Below the pieces are notes generated by a model that had not been told where the DNA came from, ran no database searches, and worked only from the letters and a program-made list of their open reading frames with translations. Shown piece by piece: positions 46,896 through 57,612 of a stretch of DNA of 64,000 nt. Position numbers and translations under genes: made by a program. Numbering within the stretch: the first letter of the stretch is position 1; the number at the start of each line of letters is the position of its first letter. This stretch comes from Candidatus Cloacimonadales bacterium (lineage in GTDB: Bacteria > Cloacimonadota > Cloacimonadia > Cloacimonadales > JAIOQZ01), in the NCBI GenBank assembly GCA_963665815.1, contig OY762463.1:1-64000 (forward strand), in the 5' to 3' direction.

Positions 46896-49337
46896 ATGAT
46901 TAATACCAGGTGTAAACTTAAACTGGAAGATATCCAATTTAAACTGTTTCTGGAAGAAATTTCAGAGGTAATATCTACTGCAGATATGAATGGGAATATA
47001 ATTTTCTTGAATAAAGCAGGTCTTAAAATTCTTCAGTATGAAGAAAATGATATTGATGATCTGTGTATAGAGGAACTTCACCCCAAAGATACATACAAAT
47101 TTTTAAAAGAAGTAGCTCTTCCTGCTACAATTGAGAGTGGATCCTGGAAAGGTGAAACAAAACTGCTTCGTAAAGATGGGAAAGAAATAGATGTATTACA
47201 GGTGATTGTTGCACATAGAAATGATGATGGAGAGCTGGAATATCTTTCTACAATTCTTAAGGATATCAGTGAAGAAAAACAAATTGCGAAGAATCTGCAT
47301 GACAGTGAAGAATATAGAAAAATGCTGTTTAGTCAGACGTATGCACCAAATGTTATAATCGATCCTTCAAGAATGTGTGTTGTTGAGTGTAATGAAGCTG
47401 CAGCAAAGGTTTTTGGTTTCACTGATAAGGAAGATTTAAAGAAGACATCAATTCTTGATGTATCTGATATTGGAGATAGTGATAGTACTGAAATTGAATT
47501 TGAAGCAGTCAGAAAGATAGAGCAGGCAATAAAAGAAGGTGAAAGCTATTTCACGTGGAAGCTTAAAAAAGCTGATGGAACTCCATGGGTTGCAGATATT
47601 CATTTAATTGCTCTTCCCTGGGGAGAGAAAACATTATTACAAGCATTTGTAAAAGATATCACAGAAGCCCTGAATATTGAGAATGAGAAAAAGGTTATTA
47701 ATGAGATTAACAAAATCTTTGTTTCAACTGATAACTATAAGGTAGTGTTAGATAGAATATTACATACAATGATGGATTTTTTTGATGCTGACAGAATCTG
47801 GTTGTTGAATCCACATGATCTTGATAATAACATTTTCGAAATACCTATGGTTGTCTGTAAGCCAGAATGGGTTGGTCCCTATGATATGAAAGGTCCTTTT
47901 AATGTTTCAGATGAAGCAAAAAAACACATAGAAATGGTTTTACATTCAGAATATGCATTGATTCAAAATCAAAATACTGCTATAAAAATCCCTGATGAAA
48001 TTGTGAGATCATTAGGTGCCAAATCAGAAATTCTAAAAAAAATGCCATTTACTGTCGGATATCCATGGGTAATTGGTATGCACTTTTGCGAATTTGACAA
48101 ACATTGGACGATGTCAGAGCAAAAGTTTTTTGAAGAGTTAGCAAATACAGTTGCTCATGGTCTAAGTAGTTGGTTGCTAAACATGGAATTACAGGATTCA
48201 AAAGAGTATATAGACAGGATTCTTGATTCAATGCCGTCAATTATTATTGGAATTGATGAGAGATTACGTATTACTCATTGGAATGAAGTAGCTATTGACA
48301 AAATCGGTTTTACTGCTCAAGATGTTATTGGAGAAGTAGTATATGATGTTGTTCCTTTGTTTTCAGTTAGTGCAGAAGAGATAAATGAGGCAATCACAAC
48401 AAAAAAAACTATCAAACGTAACCGAGAAAAAAGAGTTTTGGGAGAATACACAGCATATATGGATACTATTATATATCCTGTTAAAACAGAGAAACTTAAT
48501 GGGGCTGTTATTCGTATTGATGATGTAACTGAAAAAGTAAAGCTTCAGGAAAGTGCAATAAAAGCAGATAAGATGGCTGCTATCAATGGTCTTGCAGCAG
48601 GAATAGCTCATGAAATTAAGAATCCTCTTGCAGGTGTAATGCAGACTATGCAGGTTATGGAAAACAGATTGAAATTAGATTCTCCAAAGAATAAAGAAAT
48701 TGCAGAAACAGCCGGACTCAGCATGGAAGCACTAAGAAAATATATAAGTTTGAGGAAGATTGACATTATGATGAATTCTGTGAAAGTGTCTGGTAAGAGA
48801 GCTGATTCGATAATAAACAATATGTTGAATTTTACTCAGACAGATATGGATCGCAAATCGCAGAACAGCGTCAAGGACATACTTGAAGATGCTGTTGAGC
48901 TGGCTTCAAATGACTATGTTTTGAAAACCAGATATGATTTTCATAAGATTCATATTGTCAGAAATTATGAAGAAGTGCCCTATATTAATTGTGAACCTGT
49001 AAAACTGAAGGTTGCTTTCTTTAATCTTTTGAAGAATGGTACTGAGGCTATGTCTAAAAAGAACTATAAAGATGGGGATCACCCAGAGTTTGTTTTTTCA
49101 ATAAAAAATAAAGACAGTTACATTGAAATAGGAATTGAAGATAATGGTAAAGGTATAATAGAGAACAATCTGAAACAGATATTCAATCCGTTTTATTCTA
49201 CAAAACCTGAAGTGTATGGTACTGGACTAAGTCTTCCAATTTCTTATTTCATTATTAGGAATTATCATGACGGAGATATGACAGTTGATTCAATAGAAGG
49301 GGAATGGGCGAGATTTACAATAAGGCTTCCGATTTAG
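46896..49337 (+). CDS. Cytoplasmic PAS-PAS-GAF-PAS histidine kinase
   Basis: WKGETKLLRKDG PAC, LAAGIAHEIKNPL, NLLKNG, EDNGKG, FNPFYSTK. Confidence 0.9.
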   Translation: MINTRCKLKLEDIQFKLFLEEISEVISTADMNGNIIFLNKAGLKILQYEENDIDDLCIEELHPKDTYKFLKEVALPATIESGSWKGETKLLRKDGKEIDVLQVIVAHRNDDGELEYLSTILKDISEEKQIAKNLHDSEEYRKMLFSQTYAPNVIIDPSRMCVVECNEAAAKVFGFTDKEDLKKTSILDVSDIGDSDSTEIEFEAVRKIEQAIKEGESYFTWKLKKADGTPWVADIHLIALPWGEKTLLQAFVKDITEALNIENEKKVINEINKIFVSTDNYKVVLDRILHTMMDFFDADRIWLLNPHDLDNNIFEIPMVVCKPEWVGPYDMKGPFNVSDEAKKHIEMVLHSEYALIQNQNTAIKIPDEIVRSLGAKSEILKKMPFTVGYPWVIGMHFCEFDKHWTMSEQKFFEELANTVAHGLSSWLLNMELQDSKEYIDRILDSMPSIIIGIDERLRITHWNEVAIDKIGFTAQDVIGEVVYDVVPLFSVSAEEINEAITTKKTIKRNREKRVLGEYTAYMDTIIYPVKTEKLNGAVIRIDDVTEKVKLQESAIKADKMAAINGLAAGIAHEIKNPLAGVMQTMQVMENRLKLDSPKNKEIAETAGLSMEALRKYISLRKIDIMMNSVKVSGKRADSIINNMLNFTQTDMDRKSQNSVKDILEDAVELASNDYVLKTRYDFHKIHIVRNYEEVPYINCEPVKLKVAFFNLLKNGTEAMSKKNYKDGDHPEFVFSIKNKDSYIEIGIEDNGKGIIENNLKQIFNPFYSTKPEVYGTGLSLPISYFIIRNYHDGDMTVDSIEGEWARFTIRLPI

Positions 49338-49354
49338 CAGAGAGATTGTGTTTG

Positions 49355-49975
49355 TTATAAAACTCGGATTATTCCAATAAGAACTGAGGCTGTTCTTGAT
49401 TTTGCTTTAATATCTTCACCGAAAGTCGGACTATTCAAATCTGTCAGCCCAAGATCATATATGAATTCAATCTTGAAGAACTCATTGATATAAAAACCTG
49501 ATGAAAACACGGCACTGAGTTCAAGCAAGGAAACATTGTCCAGATCACCATCACCTTTTTCACCATCTTCTTTTTTATATTCATACTTGGAGGATATTTT
49601 GAAATTAGTACTGATTCCTGCACCGATAAAGAAGTTTGTTTCTTCATCTCTCGAAGATGTAAGCTTGAACTGAAGAGGTAACGTTATGTAGTTGTAGGTA
49701 TTAGTCTGGTCATAAAAAATATCGTCAGATTCAAAATATCTTTTCTGCTTGTAACCCTTTTTAGAAAAATTTACACCAAAACTCCAGGCAGTATTGTCCG
49801 AAATGGGTTTGTCCAAAAAAATTCCAAACATGTAGCCGTTAATTGATTCCGGATCTTCACCCTGATCAACTTTCATTGTTGCGAAATTCATTCCACCATG
49901 AATACCTTCATAGAATTCATCAGAAAAGAGAATACAGGCTGATATCAGAATAAGAAATATTATCAATCTTTTCAT
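49355..49975 (-). CDS. PorT-like/OMP beta-barrel protein
   Basis: GIHGGMNF, FSKKG, YITLPL, YDLGLTD. Confidence 0.78.
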   Translation of the reverse strand: MKRLIIFLILISACILFSDEFYEGIHGGMNFATMKVDQGEDPESINGYMFGIFLDKPISDNTAWSFGVNFSKKGYKQKRYFESDDIFYDQTNTYNYITLPLQFKLTSSRDEETNFFIGAGISTNFKISSKYEYKKEDGEKGDGDLDNVSLLELSAVFSSGFYINEFFKIEFIYDLGLTDLNSPTFGEDIKAKSRTASVLIGIIRVL

Positions 49976-50067
49976 AAGTTAAACTCCTGAAAAAGATTAT
50001 AGATATACCATGAGTATGAGTCAAGCAAAATAGTTGAATTAGAATATATTTTGCACTGAGAGTACTA

Positions 50068-50097
50068 AAAAGAAATGCAGGTAGTTGAGCTACCTGC
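50068..50097 (-). terminator. Probable terminator between the barrel paralogues
   Basis: GCAGGTAG/CTACCTGC stem followed by ATTTCTTTT on the minus strand. Confidence 0.6.
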
Positions 50098-50228
50098 TTA
50101 TAACAAAGCAATTTTTTATTCTATTATTTTTATGAACTTTATTCAGGATAGTTCATCACTGATTTTATACATTTTTATGCTTATGTGAAATCAATAATAA
50201 ATCTAAGCTGTAAATGGGCAAGAGACTC

Positions 50229-50834
50229 TTAAGAGTCAATGACAACTCCCAAAGTTATCATGATAGTGCGTGTTTTTATCTCAACAGGATTTTCTTCATC
50301 AGAATCATTAACATCTGTTAAGCCAATATCGTACATTATTTCGAATTTGTATTTGTTTTTAATATATGCTCCAACAGAAAGAATGCTGCTCATTTCGAAA
50401 ACTGAAACATCAGTAATATCTCCTTTTTCATCATTATTGCTCTTATCTACATATCTACCGCTCATGATAAGACTTCCGCATAAACCACCTCCAATAAACA
50501 GTCTGTAGTCATTTGAAACAGATCTGGAAATCCTGTATTGAACAGGAAGTGAGAACATGTGATAAGTGTTTTTTCTATTGTGCCTGTATCTTTTTTTAAC
50601 AACACTTCCTTTTTGAGTATAATTTACACCCAGTACTACAGATGAGTTCCTGTGAAGGTAAAAATCGCTGAATACGCCAAGACAGTAGCCGGATTGTGGA
50701 TCGCTAGATCCCCCGGGTGTTAATCTGGCTGAAGCAATATTCAATCCTGCGTGAGCACCAAAGATTATGTTTTCAGCGTGGAGAATTGTAAAGCTTGTAA
50801 TTATGAATATAAAAATTACTAATGTCCTTTTCAT
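50229..50834 (-). CDS. PorT-like/OMP beta-barrel protein (paralogue)
   Basis: GAHAGLNI, YTQKG, FSLPV, YDIGLTD. Confidence 0.78.
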   Translation of the reverse strand: MKRTLVIFIFIITSFTILHAENIIFGAHAGLNIASARLTPGGSSDPQSGYCLGVFSDFYLHRNSSVVLGVNYTQKGSVVKKRYRHNRKNTYHMFSLPVQYRISRSVSNDYRLFIGGGLCGSLIMSGRYVDKSNNDEKGDITDVSVFEMSSILSVGAYIKNKYKFEIMYDIGLTDVNDSDEENPVEIKTRTIMITLGVVIDS

Positions 50835-51036
50835 GTGTGTTTTCCTTTTTTCATGAGAGTTTAATATAATTCTCAATTATGTGCTTTTATTGTCAATATT
50901 TTTGCTGAATGATCATTAAAATAACATTCTCGAAAATTAATAACTTTATTCAGGAAACAGATTGACATGAAATGGCATTGCAATTCTCTTAACAATATGT
51001 TTTAATGTGAGAGAATTTTAAATTCAAGCAGGTATT

Positions 51037-52371
51037 ATGAATCAGACTTTACAAAGGACGTTACCACAGGATATTAATGCTGAAGCCGCTGTGCTTTCTG
51101 CAATGATGATAGATACATACACGGTCTCTAAAGCTATTGAAGCTCTTGGAGAAGAGCACTTCTATAAAACTGCTCACAAACTGATCTACAGAGCTGTATC
51201 CTCTCTTTATGAAGATGGTATTGAGATTGATATTATTACTCTTATAGATCGGCTCAAGATGCAGAATAACTTGGAAAAAGTTGGCGGAGCAGTTTATATA
51301 AACGAGCTTTCCGATGTTGTTCTCAGTGGAGCAAATCTGTCTTATCACCTTGATATCATGTTATCAAAGGCGCATCTCAGGCAACTGATAGAAACATCCA
51401 ACCAGATTATAGAATCTGCATACAATGCAGAGAAAGATGTTGATGAAATTGTTGACGAAGCAGAGCAGGCGATATTCAAAATAGCAGAACATTCTAACAT
51501 GAAGTCCTTTGTGAAAGTTGCTGATATTATCCCTGAAACACTGCACATGATTGAGGAAGTTGCAACGTTGAAGAAATCAGTTGTTGGAATTCCAACCGGA
51601 TTTGCCGATCTGGACAGACGACTTGGTGGATTCCGTCCGGGACAATTAGTTGTACTAGCTGCAAGACCTGCTATGGGAAAAACATCTTTTGCATTGAATA
51701 TAGGTTTTTATGCTGCAATGTACCACAATATGAACGTTGCTTTCTTTACTCTTGAGATGACAGCCGATGAACTTCTGATGCGTATATTCAGTTCTGCAGC
51801 GGAAGTAAGTATGGATAATATGCTGAAGGGTTATGGAATGAACTCCGAGAAGATCAACAGGATTATTCAGGTTGGTGAAGCATTAAACGAAAAAAACATA
51901 TATATAGATGATTCAGGTTCTAACTCTGCTCTGGATATCAGAGCTAAATCAAGAAGGCTTAAAGCTGAATTGAAAGGGCTTGACCTGATCATTATAGATT
52001 ACCTCCAGCTTATGAACGGATCAAAAAGAACCGATAGTCGTCAACAGGAGATTTCAGAGATTTCCAGAGCTCTCAAGGTTTTGGCAAAGGAACTGGAATT
52101 GCCGGTGATTGCTCTATCTCAGCTTAATCGTGGATTGGAGTCCAGACCGGATAAACGCCCGATTCTTTCTGACTTGAGAGAATCCGGTGCGATTGAGCAG
52201 GATGCTGATATTGTGATGTTCATATATAGGGATGAATATTACAATGCCGATTCTGAAAAACCGGGTGTTGCTGAAATCATTGTAAGTAAAAACAGACACG
52301 GACCTACCGGTTCAAATGATCTGAGATTCATTGGAGAATATACTTCTTTCAGAAATCTTGAAGAATATTAG
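51037..52371 (+). CDS. dnaB: Replicative DNA helicase
   Basis: AARPAMGKT, IDYLQLM, LSQLNR, SDLRESGAIEQDAD, KNRHGP; no intein. Confidence 0.98.
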   Translation: MNQTLQRTLPQDINAEAAVLSAMMIDTYTVSKAIEALGEEHFYKTAHKLIYRAVSSLYEDGIEIDIITLIDRLKMQNNLEKVGGAVYINELSDVVLSGANLSYHLDIMLSKAHLRQLIETSNQIIESAYNAEKDVDEIVDEAEQAIFKIAEHSNMKSFVKVADIIPETLHMIEEVATLKKSVVGIPTGFADLDRRLGGFRPGQLVVLAARPAMGKTSFALNIGFYAAMYHNMNVAFFTLEMTADELLMRIFSSAAEVSMDNMLKGYGMNSEKINRIIQVGEALNEKNIYIDDSGSNSALDIRAKSRRLKAELKGLDLIIIDYLQLMNGSKRTDSRQQEISEISRALKVLAKELELPVIALSQLNRGLESRPDKRPILSDLRESGAIEQDADIVMFIYRDEYYNADSEKPGVAEIIVSKNRHGPTGSNDLRFIGEYTSFRNLEEY

Positions 52372-52573
52372 AAGAGATTTGAATAATGGCAGTGCTATAA
52401 AGCTCCAGGGAAAAGTATAGATAAGATTTTCGAGTTCATCATACAAGTTTTTCTTTAGAAATTGTTTTTAACAGAATTAGATGAAGTTTAAAATCGAATC
52501 AACTTGTATTTTGAGTGAATATTGGATAAGGCTATGTCAAATATTAAAATATAATTAGAAGAGAATAAAATAA

Positions 52574-53323
52574 ATGAATGCAATCAGAATTATTGGTGCT
52601 TATGTGATTTTCTTGTTTCATGTTGCTTCCAAAATAGGATGTCTTAGAAAAAGAGTTTTCGAAACTATACAGCAGATGAAGAAATCGGGTTATGATTCGC
52701 TGATTCTCATAAGCGTGACAGCCGGATTTACAGGGCTTGTTACAGCTGTTCAGGCATCTTACCAGACAAAGGGATATATTCCGGACAGGCTAATAGGCGT
52801 TCTTGTTGGCAAATCGACCATGATAGAGCTTGCACCGGTTTTGACAGCTCTTGTGTTGGCAGGTAAGGCAGGTGCTTCTATTGCTGCTGAGATCGGGACA
52901 ATGAAAGTAACTGATCAGATTGATGCTCTGGAATCAATGGCAATAGATCCTTATGACTTTCTGTATTTCCCACGCATTCTGGCAGGAATAATTGTAGTTC
53001 CATTACTAACAATTTATGCAAATCTAATAAGTATCATGTCTGCTTTTGTTTTGTCGAAATACATGTATAACATCACAGCTTACAATTTCTTTATCAACAT
53101 GAAGCAGTATTTTGATACATGGGATTTATGGGGTGGACTGGTAAAATCAGTATTTTTTGGATTTGTCATTACATCCATAGGCTGCTTTATTGGCTCAAAC
53201 ACTGTCAATGGGGCAGAAGGAGTTGGTAAATCAACTACTCAAACTGTTGTTTATGCTTCAATCCTGATACTGTTCGTAGATTTTGTTGTAGCTTCATTTT
53301 TATTCGGAGGATTTACTCAGTGA
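52574..53323 (+). CDS. mlaE: MlaE-family lipid ABC permease
   Basis: ELAPVLTAL..AG..GA.IAAEIGTMKVTDQIDALE, GAEGVG. Confidence 0.9.
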   Translation: MNAIRIIGAYVIFLFHVASKIGCLRKRVFETIQQMKKSGYDSLILISVTAGFTGLVTAVQASYQTKGYIPDRLIGVLVGKSTMIELAPVLTALVLAGKAGASIAAEIGTMKVTDQIDALESMAIDPYDFLYFPRILAGIIVVPLLTIYANLISIMSAFVLSKYMYNITAYNFFINMKQYFDTWDLWGGLVKSVFFGFVITSIGCFIGSNTVNGAEGVGKSTTQTVVYASILILFVDFVVASFLFGGFTQ

Positions 53324-54396
53324 TCAGAAAATTTCTATTCTTTGCCGTTATTGCAATATTCTTAATAAATTGCGGTGCTCCACCTGAGGAAAAAGTTAAG
53401 GAGAAACTTTCAGATTCGCTGGATGTTTTTGTTACGAAGGATTTTTTCTCACTTAATTATATGCAGGACATTACATCTGAATTTACCAGAACTAACAAGA
53501 TGAAACTCAATAATGTCATCTTTGAGAATTTTGGGCAGTTAAAGGATTCTTTGTATGCAATAAGACGCTTTAATAACAAGATTGTAAACGATAGTCTGGA
53601 TGTTGAAAGCATTAAAATGCCTGATCTGGTAGTAGGTGTTAATCAAACATTCTACAGAGAAATGATGAGGGATTCTATATTTACTGTTAACCGTAAGTTT
53701 GAGATAGAGAAAATGCATGATTACCTGAATCTTAAAAAATTCCCGGGTTTTATTCCATTATCCTGGTCATATCTTGCGTTTATGGTTGATAGAGAGTATA
53801 TGAACAAATATCCCGAGACATTCGGTCAGCTTCAGGATGGTAACTATAAAGGTCGTATATTGCTTAGTCAGCCTTTTGATACATGTATTGGTAACGCTTT
53901 TGTATACTGGGTAGGAGGGATATTCAAGAAATGGGGATTTTCTCATTATACCAGAGCAATCAAGGATAACATCGGGGAGATTGAAGATAATGCCGAGGAT
54001 GCATATAATAAGTTTCTTGCCTCTGAGCATAATTTTGTCCTGACATATTCCTCGAGAATCGGATATCACTTTTCTAAAGGTGAGAATAAGAGATATGAAG
54101 TTATTGTGCCATCGGAAGGTCATTTCCGACAGGTTCTTGGGATGGCTGTACCTAAAGAAACAGAATTGAACATGAAAACAGATAAATTGATAGAGATGAT
54201 GCTGGAATTTAAGAATCAGGAGTTAATGCAGACGAGATTATTTATGTTCTCTGTGCTCAAAGATGTTGAAGCTCCCAAGAATTTCACTTTATCCAATATA
54301 CCGCCTCAGGATGTAACAAAAATCCTGTGGGATAAAAAAGTGGACGAATACTATAATTACTGGAAAAAAAGATGGAAAATTCTAATAAAGATGTAA
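53320..54396 (+). CDS. ABC solute-binding lipoprotein, thiamine-binding (TbpA/ThiB)-like
   Basis: Lipobox LINC; PDLVVG, AYNKFL...VLTYSS, EGHFRQV. Confidence 0.55.
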   Translation: MIRKFLFFAVIAIFLINCGAPPEEKVKEKLSDSLDVFVTKDFFSLNYMQDITSEFTRTNKMKLNNVIFENFGQLKDSLYAIRRFNNKIVNDSLDVESIKMPDLVVGVNQTFYREMMRDSIFTVNRKFEIEKMHDYLNLKKFPGFIPLSWSYLAFMVDREYMNKYPETFGQLQDGNYKGRILLSQPFDTCIGNAFVYWVGGIFKKWGFSHYTRAIKDNIGEIEDNAEDAYNKFLASEHNFVLTYSSRIGYHFSKGENKRYEVIVPSEGHFRQVLGMAVPKETELNMKTDKLIEMMLEFKNQELMQTRLFMFSVLKDVEAPKNFTLSNIPPQDVTKILWDKKVDEYYNYWKKRWKILIKM

Positions 54397-54845
54397 CTTT
54401 CAGAATAGTTCTATATGAACCTGAGATACCTGCAAACACTGGTAATATAGGTAGATTATGCGTTGGAGCTAATGCTGAACTTCACATAATAAAGCCTATG
54501 AGATTTTTTATCAATGATAAATATGTCAAAAGAGCCGGATTGGACTACTGGAAAGACCTGAAGTTAACTCTTCATGATAGTCTTGAAGACTATCTTCTTA
54601 TGTATCCGGAAGTTAACCACTATTATTGTACAACCAAAACAGATAATAAATTTACTGATTTCAGTTATAAAAAAGGTGATTCGTTCATTCTGGGTCCTGA
54701 ATCCAGAGGATTACCGGAATCATTACTTGACGAAAACAAAGAGAAATCAATAACTATTCCTATGTCTGACAAGATCAGATCAATCAACCTCAGCAATAGT
54801 GCCGCCATCGTATTATACGAAGGTTTACGGCAGATAGGCTTTTAA
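54372..54845 (+). CDS. trmL: tRNA (cytidine/uridine-34 2'-O)-methyltransferase
   Basis: EPEIPANTGNIGRLC, RAGLDYW, GPESRGLP, RSINLSN. Confidence 0.95.
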   Translation: MENSNKDVTFRIVLYEPEIPANTGNIGRLCVGANAELHIIKPMRFFINDKYVKRAGLDYWKDLKLTLHDSLEDYLLMYPEVNHYYCTTKTDNKFTDFSYKKGDSFILGPESRGLPESLLDENKEKSITIPMSDKIRSINLSNSAAIVLYEGLRQIGF

Positions 54846-54858
54846 TCCGGAGGAAAAA

Positions 54859-55734
54859 ATGCTTAAAGGATCATATGTAGCACTTGTTACACCGTTCACT
54901 AATGGTGAAATTGATTATAATGCACTTGAAAAGCTAATAAAATTTCATATTGAGAACAAAACCGATGGTATTCTTTTATGTGGAACTACCGGTGAAACAC
55001 CTACACTTGCCGGAGACGAGAAAGAACGTCTTATCCGTTTCTGTGTTAAACTCATCGATAAGAGAGTTCCGGTAATGATAGGAACAGGCACCAATAATCT
55101 TAATCACACAATTGCAGCAACTACGAGAGCTTCTCAATGGGGAGGAGATTATGCTTTAATCAGTACTCCTTACTATGTGAAACCAACTCAGACCGGTTTA
55201 TACCGTTTTTACAAAGCAGTGCATGATGCAACAGATATTCCCATAGTTGTTTATAATGTACCGGGAAGAACAGGTTGTAATATTGCGGCAGAGACTGTGA
55301 TAAAACTTGCCAACGACTGTGAGAGAATAGTTGGACTGAAAGCTGCGAGTGGTGATCTGATTAAGACTTCAATTGTTGTAAAGGGTACCTCAGATGATTT
55401 TTCAGTAATGTCCGGCGAAGACGGGTTGAACCTTCCTTTGCTTTCCTGCGGAGCTAAAGGAGCTATTTCCGTTACTGCAAATGTTGCTCCTAGCAAAGTA
55501 CACGATCTTATTGAGGCTTATGCAAATAAAGATAACGATACAGCTTTAGAGATTCATCAGGCATTGATAGAACTTAATGAAGCATTGTTTGTTGAGACAA
55601 ATCCTATTCCGGTTAAAGAAGCACTGGTAATGATGGGATATATAAAAAGAGAATTCAGGCTTCCAATGTGTGAGTTGTCTGAAAATAACAGAGTCTTTCT
55701 TAATGGAGTTCTGAAAGAGAACGGCTTAATCTGA
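54859..55734 (+). CDS. dapA: 4-hydroxy-tetrahydrodipicolinate synthase
   Basis: GTTGE, PYYVKP, YNVPGRTG, SGED, ETNPIPVK. Confidence 0.96.
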   Translation: MLKGSYVALVTPFTNGEIDYNALEKLIKFHIENKTDGILLCGTTGETPTLAGDEKERLIRFCVKLIDKRVPVMIGTGTNNLNHTIAATTRASQWGGDYALISTPYYVKPTQTGLYRFYKAVHDATDIPIVVYNVPGRTGCNIAAETVIKLANDCERIVGLKAASGDLIKTSIVVKGTSDDFSVMSGEDGLNLPLLSCGAKGAISVTANVAPSKVHDLIEAYANKDNDTALEIHQALIELNEALFVETNPIPVKEALVMMGYIKREFRLPMCELSENNRVFLNGVLKENGLI

Positions 55735-55746
55735 TAGAGTTATTTA

Positions 55747-56127
55747 ATGCTTAGAAACAGGAAAAAAGTAGATAAAACTAGTATAGTATGTCCCAAGTCA
55801 AAAAGGCATGAAAGTCTTTTTGTCTGTGCAATCAATTGTCATAAAAAATGTCCTAAATACATAGAAACTATAACAATTGGCTTACTTCTGGAATTTGTTC
55901 AACAACATCCGGAATACAAAATAGTTGGAGAAATGATGGCTGCACCAAAAGCAAAAAAGACAGCAGGCGAAAAAAAATACTGGGTTGTGACCGAAGATAA
56001 TCATTTTGTAGAATTAACAGAACAAGAAATTCTTGAGAATCCTCTGGATTATATTGGCAAACAGGTTTTTGACAAACCTCCTGCACAATACGAAATAGTA
56101 GTAGCTTTGAAAAAAGTTAAAAAATAA
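55747..56127 (+). CDS. Hypothetical protein with Cys-rich N-terminus
   Basis: 126-aa ORF within the operon; four Cys; possible internal start at 55936. Confidence 0.6.
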   Translation: MLRNRKKVDKTSIVCPKSKRHESLFVCAINCHKKCPKYIETITIGLLLEFVQQHPEYKIVGEMMAAPKAKKTAGEKKYWVVTEDNHFVELTEQEILENPLDYIGKQVFDKPPAQYEIVVALKKVKK

Positions 56128-56166
56128 GATAACTCTTACAAGTACATAAGTGAAAGGATTCTTAAA

Positions 56167-57609
56167 ATGGAGTATAGGTATCTCAAAGGCTGGATAAAGG
56201 AATCTGATTATATCAAGGGATTCAGGTTTCAGGGACTTTCTGTGTTTGAAGACCAATATGTAATTTCCTTTAAAAAACGAAAAGAGATACTACAGATTGA
56301 TCTGTCAAAAGGCTCAGTCTTTTACACAAAACAAAAAACACCTTTCACTGATGAGAATGGATTCTGCAACTATTGCAATGATCATCTCAAAAGCAGTACA
56401 TTAAGCGATATCAATATTCTGGATAACGACAGGATAGTAGAACTTTTCTTTACCAGAGTTAATATCTATAACCAGCAGGAAAAATTCAGACTGATTCTGG
56501 AGCTTATACCTCGTTACTACAATATTATTCTGGTAAACGACTCCGATCAGGACGGATTGATTTCCGATTCTCTGAAACGCATATCCTTTGCAGAGAATAC
56601 AACTCGGCAGGTACTGCCCGGAGTAATATATCAATCTCCAAGCAGTGATTTTAAGATAACAGATACTGATGTCGAATTTCCTATAATCTTTAATTACAAC
56701 TCTTTTGATTCAATCAATCAGTTTCTGGAATACCAGTATTTCAATGTAATTCTGGAGAAAAGAATTAACGGTGAACGAAGCAGAATCCTTAAAACGCTGA
56801 GGAAAAAGCTCAAATCCAAAGAAAAAAAACTGGAAAAGCTTAAGGTAGAACTGGAAGATTCACTTAACGAAACAATTTATTACCAGAAAGCAGAGTTATT
56901 GAAAGCTTCGTTTCATGCATTAAAAAAGGGTATGAAAGAAGTGGAACTGCAGAACTATTTCGCTGAAGACTACCCGATGATAACCATTGAGCTGAATGTA
57001 GAAAAATCTCCTCAACAGAATGTTGAGTGGTACTTCAAGAAGTATCGCAAGGCAAAATCAGGAAAAATCAGGATACAGGAAGAGGTAGAGAAGACAGATA
57101 CCTTTATCGATGAGATAAACCGTGAGATCTTTGATATAGAAGAACAGAATGACTATGTTCAACTGAAGAGTTATTCACAGAAGACAGATACTAAAGTAAC
57201 TAAAAAGAAGAAAAGTTATAGAAAAATGTTTATAGATGACTGCTGGGAAATTTTCATAGGTAGAACCAACAGGGAAAATGACGAATTGACTACTCGTTTT
57301 GCCAAACCTCATGACTGGTGGTTTCACTCAAGGATTTTCCGAGGCTCACATATTATTATCAGGAATTATAAGAAGAAAGCAGATCTGCCGGATGAATTGC
57401 GCAATCTGGCTGCAAGAATTGCAGCATACTACAGTAAGGCAAAGAAATCTGAGAATGTGCCTGTGGACTTTACTCAGATTCGGTATGTGCGGAAACCAAG
57501 GGGCTCTGCAGCAGGTTTTGTAACATATAAGAACCAGAAAACACTGTATGTCAATCCATTGAGTATGAGAGATGCAGCAGATATTATTAAGAAAATGACC
57601 AAGGAGTGA
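56167..57609 (+). CDS. NFACT/RqcH-family (FbpA-like) protein
   Basis: DRIVEL, LELIPRYYNIIL, YFKKYRKAK, GRTNRENDELT, WFH..GSH, VDFTQ. Confidence 0.9.
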   Translation: MEYRYLKGWIKESDYIKGFRFQGLSVFEDQYVISFKKRKEILQIDLSKGSVFYTKQKTPFTDENGFCNYCNDHLKSSTLSDINILDNDRIVELFFTRVNIYNQQEKFRLILELIPRYYNIILVNDSDQDGLISDSLKRISFAENTTRQVLPGVIYQSPSSDFKITDTDVEFPIIFNYNSFDSINQFLEYQYFNVILEKRINGERSRILKTLRKKLKSKEKKLEKLKVELEDSLNETIYYQKAELLKASFHALKKGMKEVELQNYFAEDYPMITIELNVEKSPQQNVEWYFKKYRKAKSGKIRIQEEVEKTDTFIDEINREIFDIEEQNDYVQLKSYSQKTDTKVTKKKKSYRKMFIDDCWEIFIGRTNRENDELTTRFAKPHDWWFHSRIFRGSHIIIRNYKKKADLPDELRNLAARIAAYYSKAKKSENVPVDFTQIRYVRKPRGSAAGFVTYKNQKTLYVNPLSMRDAADIIKKMTKE

Positions 57610-57612
57610 TTG

